Source: Callorhinchus milii
Lineage: Eukaryota
DNA: 64,000 nucleotides
NCBI RefSeq assembly: GCF_018977255.1
Contig: NW_024704743.1
Location: 39,186,001-39,250,000, forward strand
Direction of reading: 5' to 3'
The position numbers and the translations under genes are program-made. Each line of letters starts with the position of its first letter. Position 1 is the first letter of the stretch. Positions 1 to 13,380 of this stretch are shown piece after piece. The notes below the pieces were generated by a model, which did no database searches, was not told the origin of the DNA, and saw only the letters and a program-made list of their open reading frames with translations.

Positions 1-780
1 CACTTTATCAGATGCAATCTGAAAATTCATAAAAAATGACATCTATCTATTCCCTTTTATCTTCACCTCTAGTTCTGTCAAAGAGTTCTATTAGATGTGT
101 GAGATAAGATCTTTCCAAAAACCCATGTTGATTCTCCCTGATCTCTGTATATTTATCTAGATGTTCACTTACTCTGTCCCAGATCACAGATTCCATTTAT
201 TTGCCCATCACTGACATTAAACTCTCAGCCTCTTGTTGTTTTCTTTGTCTTTTCCTCCTTTCTTGAATAATGACATTACATTTGCTGTCCTCTGATCCGT
301 TGGGACTATTTCAGTATCTATTTTTCTTTGGGAGTGCATAATTAAAACCTCTACAGTTTATGCCCCTATTATTTTAGTATTCCGAGGTAATATCCTAGGT
401 CTGGACACTTGTCTGACTACAATCTCACTAGTTTCCATTATCTATTATTGTTTCTGTTTATATTTAGGCCTTTAATCTTTTCGCTTTCTCTCTTCCTTAA
501 ACCCCAGCCTTTTCTGAACCTCTGGTATCACATCATCCTTCTCCACTGTGGTCACTGAAGCAACATATTCATTCTACAATTCTGCCATGTCCTTATCCTC
601 CACTATTGTCAGATCTGTGTCAGATTCTCACGGACCCACCACTTCCTGTAATTTCTCTTGTATTTATAAAATGGTTTGCTGTTACCCTTGACTCCACCAT
701 ATTCCCTCTTAGCCTTCTCTGTTGTCATGCTGCCTTTCCATTCTATAGGCCTTTTACTTTGGTTTAATACTAACCTATTT
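1..780 (-). mobile_element. Degraded CR1-type LINE ORF2 (reverse transcriptase) fragment
   Basis: Minus-strand translation with stops and frameshifts gives SLMSVMGK..ESVIWDRVSEHLDK..ENQHGF, resembling the CR1 RT motif PVSLTSVVGK..QHGF..DVIYLDF. Confidence 0.75.
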
Positions 781-904
781 ATTTGAACATAGTTGCTTCA
801 TATCAGAGATGCAACCTCCGCCTTTCAGTGGTATATTTGAATGCAATCATTAAATTGAAGTACTTTGGGTAGATGTGCAGAATAAGAAGTTTTTAAACTA
901 CCAC

Positions 905-1100
905 CCTTCAGATGAGATGTTAAACTGAAGTCCCGCCTGCCTGCTTACGTGAGTATTGAAGATCCCCTGGCACAATTTAAAATGAGAAGGGAGTTTCTCC
1001 CAATGGCCTGACCAACCCCAGATAAAATTAGTCATTCATTTCATGACAGTTTTTGAGAGATTGTTGTGTGCAAATTGGTTGTTGCGTTTGCCTCCACACA
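905..1100 (+). mobile_element. Old Deu-domain SINE fragment
   Basis: cttcagatgagatgttaaactgaagtccc...aagatcccctggcac...tgtgtgcaaattggttgttgcgtttgcct; the same block recurs at ~6570, 10080, 16780 and 47640. Confidence 0.7.
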
Positions 1101-1104
1101 CCTA

Positions 1105-1445
1105 CTGAGAACCTAAGCTGGGTGGAGGGGGAAGCCGAGGAGAGTAGAAGGGGGGGAAAGATGACTAAAAGCATGTTTTAAAATATATCTTAAGACCTAC
1201 CTTTTCAATGTGGGAAGGGAGGAGGCAAGATGGAGAGACTTTGGGATGGAGTTCCAGAGTGCAGAGGCAAAATGGCTGAAAACTCATCCATCTGACGGTT
1301 GGGTGGATAGGGCGAGGGATGTGAAGTAGATTGGTGTTTGCAAAGCAGAGGCAGCAGTCAGGTTGGCAGGTTGCAGGAGGTCACAGAGGAGGGATGGGTG
1401 AAGCTGCAAAGGGATTTGAACACCAGGACAAGGAACTTAGAGCCC
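1105..1445 (-). mobile_element. L2 LINE 3' fragment
   Basis: Homologous to the minus-strand L2 copies at 8035, 10620 and 14455 (ggagttccagagt, gatttgaacaccaggacaagga). Confidence 0.7.
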
Positions 1446-1487
1446 GAGTGCGCACAGTCAGGCATACTTCCCACATATGTGATCATC

Positions 1488-1700
1488 ATTTGGAACTCCA
1501 TCCCACATTCCCTTCACCTCACTTCCTCCCTTACCTCCTTCAAAACATGTCTCAAGACCCTCCTCTTTAGCTGCACCTTCGGCCACCCTCCTCCTCTCCT
1601 TGCCCTCTATCTGCCCTGATCCCAATCGCGCCCCCCACCACCCCCCTCGGGTCCTGACGTGAAAGGTGCTATACAAATGTCATTTTGTATTGTACTGTAT
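1488..1700 (+). mobile_element. L2 LINE 3' end with (ATTGT)n-like tail
   Basis: WNSIP..SFKTCLKTLLF C-terminal motif, then gacgtgaaaggtgctatacaaatg and ttgtattgtactgtat. Confidence 0.8.
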
Positions 1701-2877
1701 CTCTGGGACTCAGAGTGCAAGAACTCTCACACCATTTATTATTTTACCAAAATAGCTGTCCAAAACCTTACTCAAATTTGCTTATCTGAGTTCCTATCAT
1801 TCTGTGCCCTTTTAGCTTGTTCTGATTTTTTTTAACCCTGTCCTAATGTCTTCACATTCCTAACACAACACCATTTGATCTGTCTTGCTCCAAATAGATT
1901 AGCCTCTACTTTCAAAACTGCAAAAAGGGCCTTGCAACACTTCAATTAAATATATTGCAAAAATGTTTCAGAGGAAACTTGAAGCAGATGTGAGGGAGAG
2001 GGAAGAGAGGGGGGTTTAGGAAAGGGGAGGAGGAGGCATGGAGGTTTGTTTGGAATAGTTGACTGACGGCCTGTTTCCATGTCGCAACATTCTATGTATA
2101 AAAAAACACTTCATTCAAACCAGCCAAACGGCTTCAGTTCCACAGTCACAAGATGTACACATACCACAAGACAGTGTGACTAACACTCTAGTCTTACTGT
2201 CAATTCATTTTAACTCTCTGCAAACCTATCTTTTAAATCAAACTATTAGCTACCAAGCACTTCTTTTTATGTTCTATCTCTTGGCAGACCCAATTCTCAC
2301 CACACTGCTGTCGTTCCAGTCTGCTATTAGCATTCAAATATAATTATACAAAAATGTTACAGAATACCCAAGGGCCATTAGTTAATGTATTTATAATTCC
2401 CACCAGTAAATAAATGGCAGTGTGTCAACTAAAATAGGTATATTATTGAGTTTTGGTTCTGAATAAGGTCACATTTGAATCATAAAAAATCTCCGATCAG
2501 CACTTTAACTCGTTTTCCAGTCTGAAAATGCAATACATGTGTGCCAGTGTACTTGACATTGTAACTGGAAGAACTCAGCTTGTGCATTGATTTCCCAGTC
2601 AGAATCTAATTCCAACCACACATGAATTCCTAAATTTTATAGCCCAAAAGTTTTGCTGATGGTGGTGTGACTTTAAGAAAAACAAAGAAAAAAATATTGT
2701 ATTCCATTAGTGATATAAGTAATCTTAAGTGCTTTTATTCTCCTGACTAATGTACAGAACCCTTAGCTAATGCAAATGACTCCCAGTCTCATTCTAGATT
2801 CCAAATTACAAAATCACAAGTGAGGTTTGAATGGAAAATCTCATTTGAATACCCACCCGACTGTCCTTTTGTTGTAG

Positions 2878-3202
2878 CATCAACAACAACAACAACAACA
2901 ACAAGATTCCATTTATAAAGCGCCTTTCACGTCAGGAGGACGTCCCAAGGCGCTGCACAGTTGGGTCATGACCCAAGCAGGGGGGAAATGGTCAGGGTGA
3001 GGGGAGGGAAGGGAGGGAGCGAGGAGGGGGAAATGGTCAGGGTGAGGGGAGGGAAGGGAGGGAGCGAGGAGGGGGGAAATGGTCAGGGTGAGGGGAGGGA
3101 AGGGAGGGAGCGAGGAGCGGGGAAATGGTGAGGGGAGGGAAGGGAGGGAGCGAGGAGGGGGAAGAGAGTCGAGAGGGAGCTGAAGGCACGGTCAAAGAGA
3201 AA
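2878..3202 (-). mobile_element. Young L2 3' end with (TTG)n tail and four ~45-bp internal tandem units
   Basis: Reverse complement is nearly identical to 28793-29025; unit aaatggtcagggtgaggggagggaagggagggagcgaggaggggg occurs four times. Confidence 0.9.
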
Positions 3203-4479
3203 TCAAGGGATTTCTTAATGATTGTGCCACCCTTCCTGGTAACCTGTCCCAATCGTTGATTCCTTTCATTCCCACCAACATGTCTCAAAAGCAGCAAAAC
3301 ATTGGATAACTTCTTAAAGAAAGAGTGCACCACATCAAACTGCACTAGAACGCTTAGAAAGGTGTGGGACAATTCATGAGGAAGTTGTGAGCCATTTTGC
3401 AACAAAGAGTTTAGTTCATCATAGCTAAGATTACTTGATTTCCATTGCAACACGACACGGTGTCAAGAAGTGTCTCCATGCAGAGGCACAATTGTTTATT
3501 GAGCCACTGTAGAAATACTTCCATATTTGTTGCATTTTAACAACAACAACAATTTACATTTATATTACACCTTTCACCTTAGATAATATCCTGGAGCACT
3601 TAAGTGAAAATCAAAGGACTAGCACTGGTCAAATAGGATGTTGGCTCCAGATTTTAATTTTAATCCCATAATTAATTTAGCCTCATCCCCAGAGAGTCAC
3701 CAGCTAATTACCCTGCTACTGTATTCAAAAGGAACCACTTTATGGCTTGGCACTCCTTGCTGCAGACAGAGTTAAAATATAACCCTACTGTCAAAACAAA
3801 CAAAAAAATATTGATGACTATTTCATGATCCATTGAAATTGTTAGGCTGAATTAAAGAAAACAGGATCAGGGTGAAGTGGCAGACACTTTTTATTCGTGC
3901 ACAAACAATGCACATTGGACACTTACAGAACACTGTAACTGTAGACTGTTCCATAAAAAAACACATCCAAGATAGGGGTGAAATCGGTGACGTTACATAA
4001 TGCATCAAGGAATGTGTTATGAAATGCAACACATTGTACTGCACAGAGTCCATGACAGATCTCAGAGGGACTCCAATTTGACGGTGACGTCTCAAGATGT
4101 TTCCTGCAGCTAGACATGATTTTTTAAAAATGAAACGACTAACATTAGGAGCAGTATTTCTGTGGGAACCAAGATTGCAGATGTTGCCACTTTATATCTA
4201 TTCTAAGGGGAAATAAAATCAATCAATAAATAATAACAAGAATAATATGATCCAAGACTCAGACAAGTTGGGGCAATGACCTGCAACAGCATCAAAAGTC
4301 AGTCAACAAACAAGCAGTCAGGGCCTCGGTTAAAATGTCCTATCCAAGTAAGGTACCTCCAGCAATGCAGATCTCTCTCACCATAGCGCTCTCAACAGAG
4401 CACTCTTCATGTAGGGTAAAGCCTGGGAGTGGTTCACAGACATACTGTCAGGCACCGAGTAGGTAGAGGAGGAAAAAGG

Positions 4480-5225
4480 AAGGTAACCATATAAATATGA
4501 GTTTGTAAGGAATAGTCAGTCAGAACATACAAGCAAATAGAATTTAGGTTATGCCTCACACATCTACTAGAAATCTTTGAGGAAGAACTGAACTGATGTA
4601 CAGTAATGGCTATGATTTACTTGGATTTCCAGATTTAGGGAAGTTATCTCCCACCTTGATTTTTCCAATGCCCTCCTTGCTGGGCACCCCCAGCTCCACC
4701 ATTCATAAAATCTGATTAATTCAAAACTCCATCTCCTGTATCCTCACCTGTGTCAAACACTGAAACCGCAGAACAGATCAATTTTAAGATGCTATCACCC
4801 ACATATAAATCACCTCATGCCCTGGCACATCTCTACCTCTGCTCTGCTCCACCATTGGCGGCAGTGCTTTCAGTCACAATGCCACAAATCTCTGGAACTC
4901 TCTCCCTCAACCCATCCACCTTGCCCCCTTCTTGTCCATCTTCAGATCACATCTGAAGACTTTGCTCTTCGACTGTGCTTATGGTCATCATCCCCCTCTC
5001 CCTGGCTCAGCATCAAGTTCCATCACCGTTAAGCACTCTGAGACGCTACCCCATATGAAGGGTTGTTGTTGTTGTTGAAGTTTCACATGTGTCACTTTTA
5101 AAGAAAGCACAAAACATATGGAATCCATGCATATTTAGTCCACTGAGTTGAAAATTGCCTTTGTAATGGAAAATAACACTGATAATAAATGCAAAAGTTC
5201 TGTTTGGGTAGTTTAATCAGTGAGT
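4480..5225 (+). mobile_element. CR1 RT fragment (~4480-4640 and ~5078-5225) interrupted by an L2 3' fragment (~4650-5078)
   Basis: LCLTHLLEIFEE..MIYLDFQ before the insert and VSHVSLLKK after it. The insert carries LDFSNALLAG and ends in (gtt)n. Confidence 0.65.
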
Positions 5226-6439
5226 ACAAAACTGTTAGCAATAATAATAATAATGATCCTTGCATTTGATAGGGCGCCTTATCACATCATTGAAAAATCT
5301 CAAAATGCTTCACAGATTTTTTTTAAAGTGGAGTGACTGTTTTGGTGTCTTTATGAAGTGCTCAGAGATGTTACACTATGTGAAAGACATTATACAAATA
5401 CAAGTTGTTATTATAGCAGCTCCTATATGTATGGCCATTTTCTTCAAAAAGGGACAATGAAAGTGATTCTTGATTTCCCGGTTACTCACTTTAAAAAGCA
5501 TATTTGAATGTTTGTGATCTTTAATCAATCATCAGACTCAATATAGCAACAAACCATTCAGATGATGTCTCTTCCCATCACAAATAAAGCTGAATGGCTA
5601 AAAACAAAAGTTTGGAAACTGAGGATTTGAAGATCTTCTTGAGGAAACAATACAACATAATTTACACTTATAGAGCATCTTCTGCAGTGGAAAGGTGCCC
5701 CAAAGCATTTTACAATTCTGGCTGAAATAAATATTTGTAAGTACCGTGAACAGTGAGAAGTAATATCTCCTAAGTACATGTAGTTCACAGGCAAATAACC
5801 CTCCCCATCACTGTCAGAGTTTGCAAGACAATATTCTCACACATCAGAGGTTAAATGTATTTGCAGTTGCTGTGAAATGTGGTTTCATTCAAATGTGCAA
5901 CAAAATGTTTGGCAATATTATGGAGCTTGGGTGTCAGAGCAATCATTCAATTTACTCATGACAGTGGTGAGACTCCAGCAGCCTTCTTTCACACAGGCCA
6001 AGATCCTGTCATAAAAATGCAAGTTCTTCATTCAAACTACCATTTAGATAGTTGATGATCATGGCATGTTATCCTGTGGGACTATGGCTAATGTAGAGGT
6101 TTGTATCCATGGATGGTGGATCCATTTAGTGTTGCTCCCAAAGTTCTGTACATAGTTATGTGAAACATCTGTGAATGATATACATGCTTTTGTTTAAAAA
6201 TTGCATTATTATTCCATGACTGAAATGATATGACTGGTCACAAATTTCACCTCACTATTGTAGTGTGCTTCTCCATAGAAGTTATGAGAAAAGCTGAAAA
6301 AATGCTTAATAGAATATCCTGTAAAATGAATGGACTGCATGTTTTGTGGGTGAAACACGGCAGCCAATTGAGCACAGCAGTTGTCGACATACTGGCTTAA
6401 ATCAACTTTTGATACTCATGGTCTACTACCTTAATTCAA

Positions 6440-6850
6440 CAAATAGTCAGAGTAAAGCTATTATCTCGTTGACTAGTAAATGTCCATGTCCCAAGTCAGG
6501 ACTTTGAGCTCTTAGCAGGCTGACACTCCACTGCAGTGCTGGGGGTGCTCTGCATGGCCTAAAGTGCCATTCTTCAGATGAGACGTTAGACTTGTCTGCC
6601 TGTTCAGGTGGATGTTAAAGTTCCGGTACTCAAAAAGAGAAAGGAGTTTCTTCTGTATCCAAAGCATCAATCCTCCAGGTAAAATTGTTCATTCACTTCA
6701 TGGCTATTTTATGAGACATTGCTGTGGGCAAATTGAGTTCTGATTCAACTACAAAAACAGAATCACTGCACTTCACAGAAACACCATGATGCAATTTGAG
6801 GCATTTTGACATTTTAGGTGATATAATAAATGCAAGCATTATTATTCCAT
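6440..6850 (+). mobile_element. Old Deu-domain SINE
   Basis: ggctgacactccactgcagtgctg...cagatgagacgttag...gttcaggtggatgttaaag...gacattgctgtgggcaaattg, ending in aaatgcaagcattattatt. Confidence 0.7.
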
Positions 6851-7764
6851 TATCATTATGATTATGCAAATGATATGACTGGTCACAAATATCACCCCAC
6901 TATTGTAATGTGCTTCTCCATGGAAGTTATGAGACAAGCTGAAAACAATTCCATTCAGTGTATCAGTTTTACAAACTTTAATTTACTCTCATTTCTCTCT
7001 TAGCCTCCGAGGTACCAGCCATTAAGGGAGTGTGTTCCACATTGTAGAAACTAGCTTGAAATTGACTGGAAATAAACTTTAATGGGCTTTCTTCCCCCTC
7101 CCTGGCCTTCAAGTGACGTCTAGAAGTTTAAAGATTGATGTGCTCAGGTTATGTAATTAACTGGACAAGAGCCAGATCATGCTCTGGTGTGATAGCACAG
7201 CTGTGGTGTTCTGAAATTTAATTCTATTCAGTTATTTACCCCGCTAGCACTTCAATTTTGATTAATTTCAAACCTAAACACTAAAATGTACCTCACTGTG
7301 TCTTATCCTTTTTTTATATGCCGTTCAGCAATAAAAAGCTATAAAGCTGTAGATTCTGGGAATTTTATGTGTGTTATCCTCTTGGACAGACAAGTCATAA
7401 ATTGTCCAAGTCTTTGGTGCTTAACATTCCCTGTATTCAACAAATGATTTTTACCAAACTTTTTTTAAAAAATCCACACATAAATAGGTATTTGAAGAAA
7501 CAGGAGGTTTAGAATTCCACTTTATCTGAACAGCAGCCTCAAGATACTTACTTGCATTTATAGAGTGTCTTGGAGAGCTTTAAGACAATTTATAAGATTC
7601 AGCTGAAAATTGGACGTTTCTAAAATCCAGTTTTAATTTGGAAGCTGTCTTTCTGCAGTTTTTAAAGTCAACTAGCTACCAAATTAAGACTAAATTAAAA
7701 TTCCATAATTCTGTACAGTGCTAAATGAAATAATGCCACAGTTTAAGACTCAGTTGAATGTCAT

Positions 7765-7992
7765 GCCTTCTCTTTTCAACAGTGGGATGGGATCTTTAAC
7801 GTCCACCTGATCAGGCAGATGGAACCTCTGTGGAATCTCATTCGAAGGATGGTACATCAAACGATGCAACACCTTCCCAGCACATCATTGGAGTGTCAGC
7901 TTAGACAATGTGATTTCAAGTCACGACGTGGAGCACTTGAACCCACAACCTTTTGACACAGAGGTGAGAGTGCTACCACTGACCCAGCTTGC
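7765..7992 (-). mobile_element. Old Deu-domain SINE 5' half with tRNA-like head
   Basis: gggatctttaacgtccacctga...gagtgtcagc...ttgaacccacaacc...gagagtgctaccactga is the reverse complement of the 16590-17000 family. Confidence 0.7.
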
Positions 7993-8029
7993 CGCAAATG
8001 ATCTGATACGTACATGCTATTTGTTGTAA

Positions 8030-8745
8030 ACATCAACAACAACAACAAAATTACATGTGTACAGCGCCTTTCACATCTGTCCCAAGGTGCTGGACAGACA
8101 GAGTTACGGACCCGAGCTGGGGGTCGGGGTGGGGAGGGTGGAGGGCACGGGGAGAAGCAGGGAGATCAAAAGCACAGTTGAAGAGGAGGATCTTGAGGTG
8201 GGTCTTGAAAAGTGGCGAGGGAGGGGGCGAGATGGAGGGACTGCGGGATGCAGTTTCATAAGGTGGGTGCGAGTGGCGGAAGCCCCGCCTGGCAATAGTG
8301 CAGCGAGCAAGACAGGGTGAAGTGAAGCAGGCTGAGCAGAGGGAGCGAACAGGGTGGTCGGGGTAGGATTTCGGAAAGGTAGAGTGGAGCAAGACCGTGG
8401 AGGGCTTTGACGGTGAGGACCAGGATCTTGAACCGTATCCTCTGTGTGATGGGAAGCCAGTGGAGTTGGCAAGGATGGGGGTGATAGGGTTGCAGAGCCT
8501 AGTGCGGGAGAGGACACGGGCTGCAGAGTTCTGGATGAACTGCAGCCTGTGGAGGGAGGAGTTGGAGAGGCCGACAAGCAGTGAGTTTGCATAGTCGAGC
8601 CTCGATGTAATGAAAGCGTGTATGAGGGGTTCAGTGGCCTGCAGTGTGGGACAGTTGCGGAGGTGGGGGAAGGCAGAGCAGGTCATGGGCAGATGTGGGA
8701 TACAAAGGATAGTTGAGGGTCAAACAGGACCCCAAGGTTCTGGAC
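8030..8745 (-). mobile_element. L2 LINE ORF2 C-terminal fragment and 3' UTR
   Basis: ORF 8051-8686 contains LIHAFITSRLDYANSLLVGL..LQFIQNSAARVL (canonical L2 motif); (caa)n tail at ~8035. Confidence 0.92.
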
Positions 8746-9002
8746 TTTCATAAACTTTCATAAGCAAAACACTTTTTTTTCTCTAAACATCAGTGCAAGA
8801 ATATCAGTAAGGCAGGTTCTGTTATACAACTGCGACGCCCAGCACCATAGGCACAAACACAATCGGCAAAATGTCCCCTTCTGAATAGAAAAAAATCTAT
8901 GTTCCTAAGTGCCAAGATCATAGAGGTCGAGTTTGAAAAATCGCACAAGGGAAAATCTGCAAAGTTACACAGTGTCACAAGTTCATCTGATCTAGTGCTT
9001 CT

Positions 9003-9245
9003 AAGAACAGAACATAAGAATTTGCTGGGCGAAAGAAGACCAAAGCCCATCCAGTTCGCCTTCCATCATCCTGGCAGTCGCTTTATATGTCATGTTGCAA
9101 ACTATATAATGTATCCTGAGATATTATTTTCTAACGGAAGTCTATCTAATCTGTTCTTGATAGAATCAACACTTTCTTCTTCCACCATCTCCCTGTTCTA
9201 TACATTTACTCTTCTGAGTCACAAAAGAACCAGGACATTCAGAAC
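9003..9245 (-). mobile_element. CR1 3' end fragment
   Basis: aagaacagaacataagaa tail plus ccaaagcccatccagttc, a typical CR1 3' terminus in antisense. Confidence 0.6.
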
Positions 9246-10617
9246 TTTAAAGCTTAAAAATATAGAATAAAGAGAGCAAGAGGATAATAACTATCAGGCA
9301 TAGGCATCTCTGCTCTCAGACTTTAATTCATAAAGTAGTTGTATTTTGAAATGTAGTATGACACCAGGAAAATGCCTTCCTGCGCACTATCTGCGAGGGA
9401 AGCTCTATGATCTGCAGCAAATCACCAGCAGCCAACAATCCTAGTTTAAATCAAGATTATAACACACTTTCATCTTGAGCTGGACTCACCATATTTGCAA
9501 TTTGCACATCACCTGATCGTGGTTAGGTGGAGGGAAGTTACTGACATGAAAGAGAAGCTCCTTCCTTCTCTATTAACATCTCCTGCTCATAATCATTCCT
9601 ATCCTCAGCCAATGACTCAGATTCACTCATATTTGTTTGGCTGCTCCATCTCATCTAAATCACATAAGATATTACGTGTCTAAGATGTTGCCTGCATTGT
9701 CTCGTTGTGGCGGTGATGCATGACTGGGTTTGTGCTGCTGGTTACAGTTGTACTGGGCAGCTGAGCCTCCACAAGAGATTGCATTACTCCAGCAGGTCCA
9801 CATTACTTTCCCCCTGATATTTGGGGAATTCAGTAGACCTACTGTGGCACACTGTAACAACTAATTGAGAAAGAAACAGTTTCTGTTTTGTAGAAGATGT
9901 GATCCATTTACAGGAACAGTAATCTTGTCAGTTTCCAAATTGGAGACTGAACCTGAAAACTAATACTTAGTGTAACATTTGCTGGGTTGGGGTATCTGAA
10001 AGTATTGTTCTGAGTTTAGTTTCTCAATTGCATTTGGTATCTTGTACATCTATGTACATCAGTGAATGAGGGCTCTCTGCTCAAAAGTGGGTGTTAAAGA
10101 TCCCATGACACTATTTGAAAAGAGAAAGGAGTTTCTCCTGACGTCTTGGACATCAATCAGATAAAACTTCATGGCTGTTTGTGGGGCATTGCTGTTTACA
10201 AATCAGCTGTTGTATTAGCTTTACACCTGATGTGAAAGGCACAATATCAGATGCAAATATTAATATTATTATTCCTTAGAACATTCAGTCCAGCTCCCAC
10301 TCATGTATTCACCCTTTTCAATTCATAGTACTGCTCCGAATAATCCCTTCAACCATTCCTTTTTAAAGACCGAATCAGCTTTATCTGTGATTTTATTCTT
10401 CATATAGATAACCCTGTAGGGGAATTCCTTTTTATCCATGCTTAAAGTTTGCAAATAATATGCTCATTTCCTTTAGTTCTGTGTACAGAGTCCACATTAA
10501 ATAACTTACTCACATCTATATTATCGGTTCCCCTGAGCAATTTTATAACTTCAGGCCATTTCCCCTGGTCATTTTTATTTCTCTAATGAAAAGCAGTTGA
10601 GTGCTACAGGTGTCCTT

Positions 10618-11478
10618 TACAACAACAACTTGCATTTATATAGTGCCCCTCATGCAGGATAGCGTCCCAGAGTGCTTGACAGTTGAGGAGCACAACCCTG
10701 AACAGGGTGGAGGGGGTGGTGACTGTAGGCAGTGGAAGAGGAAGGTTTTCAGCCGCGACCTGAGATGGGAAAGGAAGGGGCAAGGCAGAGGGATAGAGGA
10801 AGAATTGTTCCAGAGTTTCGGGGTGTAATGGCTAAAAGTGTGGCCACCATTGGTGGAACGGAGGGCACAAGACATATGCAGAAGGCCGGAGCCAGTCGAG
10901 CGGAGGTAGCAGGTTGGGGGTTGGGGGGTAAGCAGGTCGGAGAGGTAGGGAGGTGCCAGGGCATGAAAGGATTTGAAAACAAGTGTGAGGAACTTCAAAC
11001 TGATCTGTTCGGCGATAGGGGGCCAGTGGAGCTTGGCTAGAACTAATGTGATGGGGTACAGAGTTTAGTACGGGTGAGTATGTGGGCAGTGGAGTTTTGG
11101 ATCAGTTGGACCCTGTGCATGGTGGAACTGGGGAGATCGGCAAAGAGGGCATTTGAAAAGTCGAGTCGGGAAGTGATTAATGCATAGACGAGTGTTTCGG
11201 CTGTCGCTGGGGTAAGATACTGTTGGAGGCAGGCAATGTGGTGTACGTGGATGAAGACGGTCCTGGTCAGGCACCGGATGTGGGGAAGGAAGGACAACTG
11301 TGGGTTGAACCTGATGTCTAGGTTGTGCACCGGTTTGGTAAATCTGAGGGATAGGCTGGGGAGGTTGAGAAGGTCAGAGCTGCAAGATAGAAGATGTTGA
11401 CGGGAGCTGATGAGTATGGCTTCTGTCTTGTCAACATTAAGTTGTAAGAAGCTTTCGCTCATCCAGCCCGATGTCCGC
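10618..11478 (-). mobile_element. L2 LINE ORF2 C-terminal fragment
   Basis: SGWMSESFLQLNVDKTEAIL..LITSRLDFSNALF..LIQNSTAHILT and KSFHALAPPYLSDLL; (caa)n tail. Confidence 0.92.
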
Positions 11479-11553
11479 CAGACGAGCCGAGAGAACATAC
11501 AACCAAAAGAGCTATAACCTACTCTTCTTTGAACTCCTCTTAATGTGTCAGTA

Positions 11554-11725
11554 CAGTAAAACTCACATAAGTCTGTTCTGTATAAATCATAACCGTCTTA
11601 AGTCGTACATCTGTCCAAGTCCTATTCAAGAGTTTATATTCTGTCAAGTTTGACATAACTAACACTTTGCATAAGTCATCTTAAACATATGGTCCCAACT
11701 ATTGTGACTTATGTGAGGTTTACCG
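11554..11725. mobile_element. 172-bp MITE of Tc1/mariner (Tigger/pogo-like) type
   Basis: 20-bp TIRs cagtaaaactcacataagtc (11554-11573) and gacttatgtgaggtttaccg (11706-11725), 2 mismatches, with TA on both flanks. Confidence 0.8.
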
Positions 11726-11727
11726 TA

Positions 11728-11900
11728 TATGTTAAACCCCAAACTGCAAGTGATATTCCACATGTGGCCTTAATCAACAATCTACATAAAGTCGGAATAA
11801 CTTGTTTCAGCTTATTGTCAAATGACATAGAGATACATGTCAGTACATGATTAGCCTTGTTGATAATAGCTGAACATTGATTTCCTAACTCTCTCTTACT
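11728..11900 (-). mobile_element. CR1 ORF2 C-terminal fragment (host of the MITE)
   Basis: Minus strand reads LRPHVEYHLQFG, like CR1 LVRPHLEYCVQFW. It probably continues on the other side of the MITE (~11490-11553). Confidence 0.6.
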
Positions 11901-12176
11901 GAGTGCAAGCAGGAGGAAGTGAACTGTGATGGAGTTCAGATGTTGTGGTCTGTTCCTCTGCAGTTATGCACATACTCTATAGGTCTTCCAGATGATGCTT
12001 TTAACAGAACAAATTTAATTGAAAACTAAATGTTAGAACATGATCACTACTCGTACTCTGACACTAAAAATAGCATTCTTTGTTCCAAGCCTTTAGAATC
12101 AGATTTCCCAATAAAGACCTTTTTTTTTAATGGTCAACTTAAGATGGAAACAATGAAAAACATTGCAACTTACACT

Positions 12177-12783
12177 TAACATTGCCAGACCCCACCACTG
12201 CCTCACCCCTCAGGCTGCCGAAACCCTCACCCACGCATTCGTCACATCAAGGCTCGATTACAGAAACTCCCTCCTCATTTGCCTTGCCAACTCTTCCCCT
12301 CACAAGCTGCAGATCATCCAAAACTCTGCAGTTCGTGTACTCTCAAGCGCCAGGCTCCACGACCCCATCACTCCCACCCTCGCCCAACTCCACTGGCTCC
12401 CCATCCCTCAAAGGATCGAATTCAAGATCCTCATCCTCACTTTCAAGGCCATCCATGGCTTTAACCCCTCCTACCTCTCTGACCTGCTGACTCCCTACCA
12501 ACCTGTCCGCTCCCTTTGTTCAGCGAGCTCCGGCCTGCTCCATGTCTCCCGCCCGACCCGCTCTACCATCGGTGGTTGGGCTTTCAGCCTCTCTGCTCTC
12601 AAGGCCGTTCTCAAGACCCTTCTCTTCGATCGTGCCTTTGATTGCCCTCCCACCTCTCTGCCTTCTCTCATGCCTGCACTACCCCTCCCCCATGCTCGGG
12701 CCCCGACCCCTGACTGTTCAGTGCTTTGGGACCTCCTCCTGACGTGAAAGACACTCTATAAATGTAATTTTGTTGTTGTTGTT
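12177..12783 (+). mobile_element. L2 LINE ORF2 C-terminal fragment and 3' end
   Basis: AFVTSRLDYRNSLL..IQNSAVRVL..LHWLPIPQRIEFKILILTFKA; (gtt)n tail. Confidence 0.93.
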
Positions 12784-13380
12784 ATGTTGTGCCTTTCATG
12801 TATGGAGGACATCTCAAAGTGCTTTATGTTGGTGGGATCACTGAGCTGGGTGGGGGGGCTGCGGGGGGTGGGAGGTAGTTGAAGAGGGTTGCGCAGTGGA
12901 AAACATGATGTTTATTAATTATTACCTGGACAAGTAAGACGAACATTCAAATGTATACATATAAAAGGGTAATGAAACTTGAATAGGAAGCTGTCATGGC
13001 AGTCGGATTCTTCAGAAGGACGTTTGTGACTTCATATACCTTCAACCTGTTTTTTTTTATTTTAAGGTCTCTCTCACTGCAATCTCTTCCAGTTCTATTT
13101 TCCTGACGTGTTTCCTCTCTGCTCTATCCGCTCAATCCCCACTTGCTTCATTCTACCATTGGTGACTGAGCCTTCACTGCTCTGCTCCCACTTTCTGGTT
13201 TCTCTCCCAAAATACATTTTGAGCCTTCCAGCTTCTTTTATTGCCTTCAAAGCCAATTTAAAAATATATATCTTTTTGACCATCCTGTTGGTCAACACCT
13301 TCAAATCTCCCCTCTTTTGCTCCCTGCTTGGAAATCTCCATCATCTCTGTGAAACATTTCAAGATGTTCATTCTTGAAAT

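Noticed and set aside
3037..3453. 138-aa minus-strand ORF
   Set aside because: Chimeric frame running through a CR1-like fragment (INDWDRLPGRV in another frame) into an L2 3' UTR.
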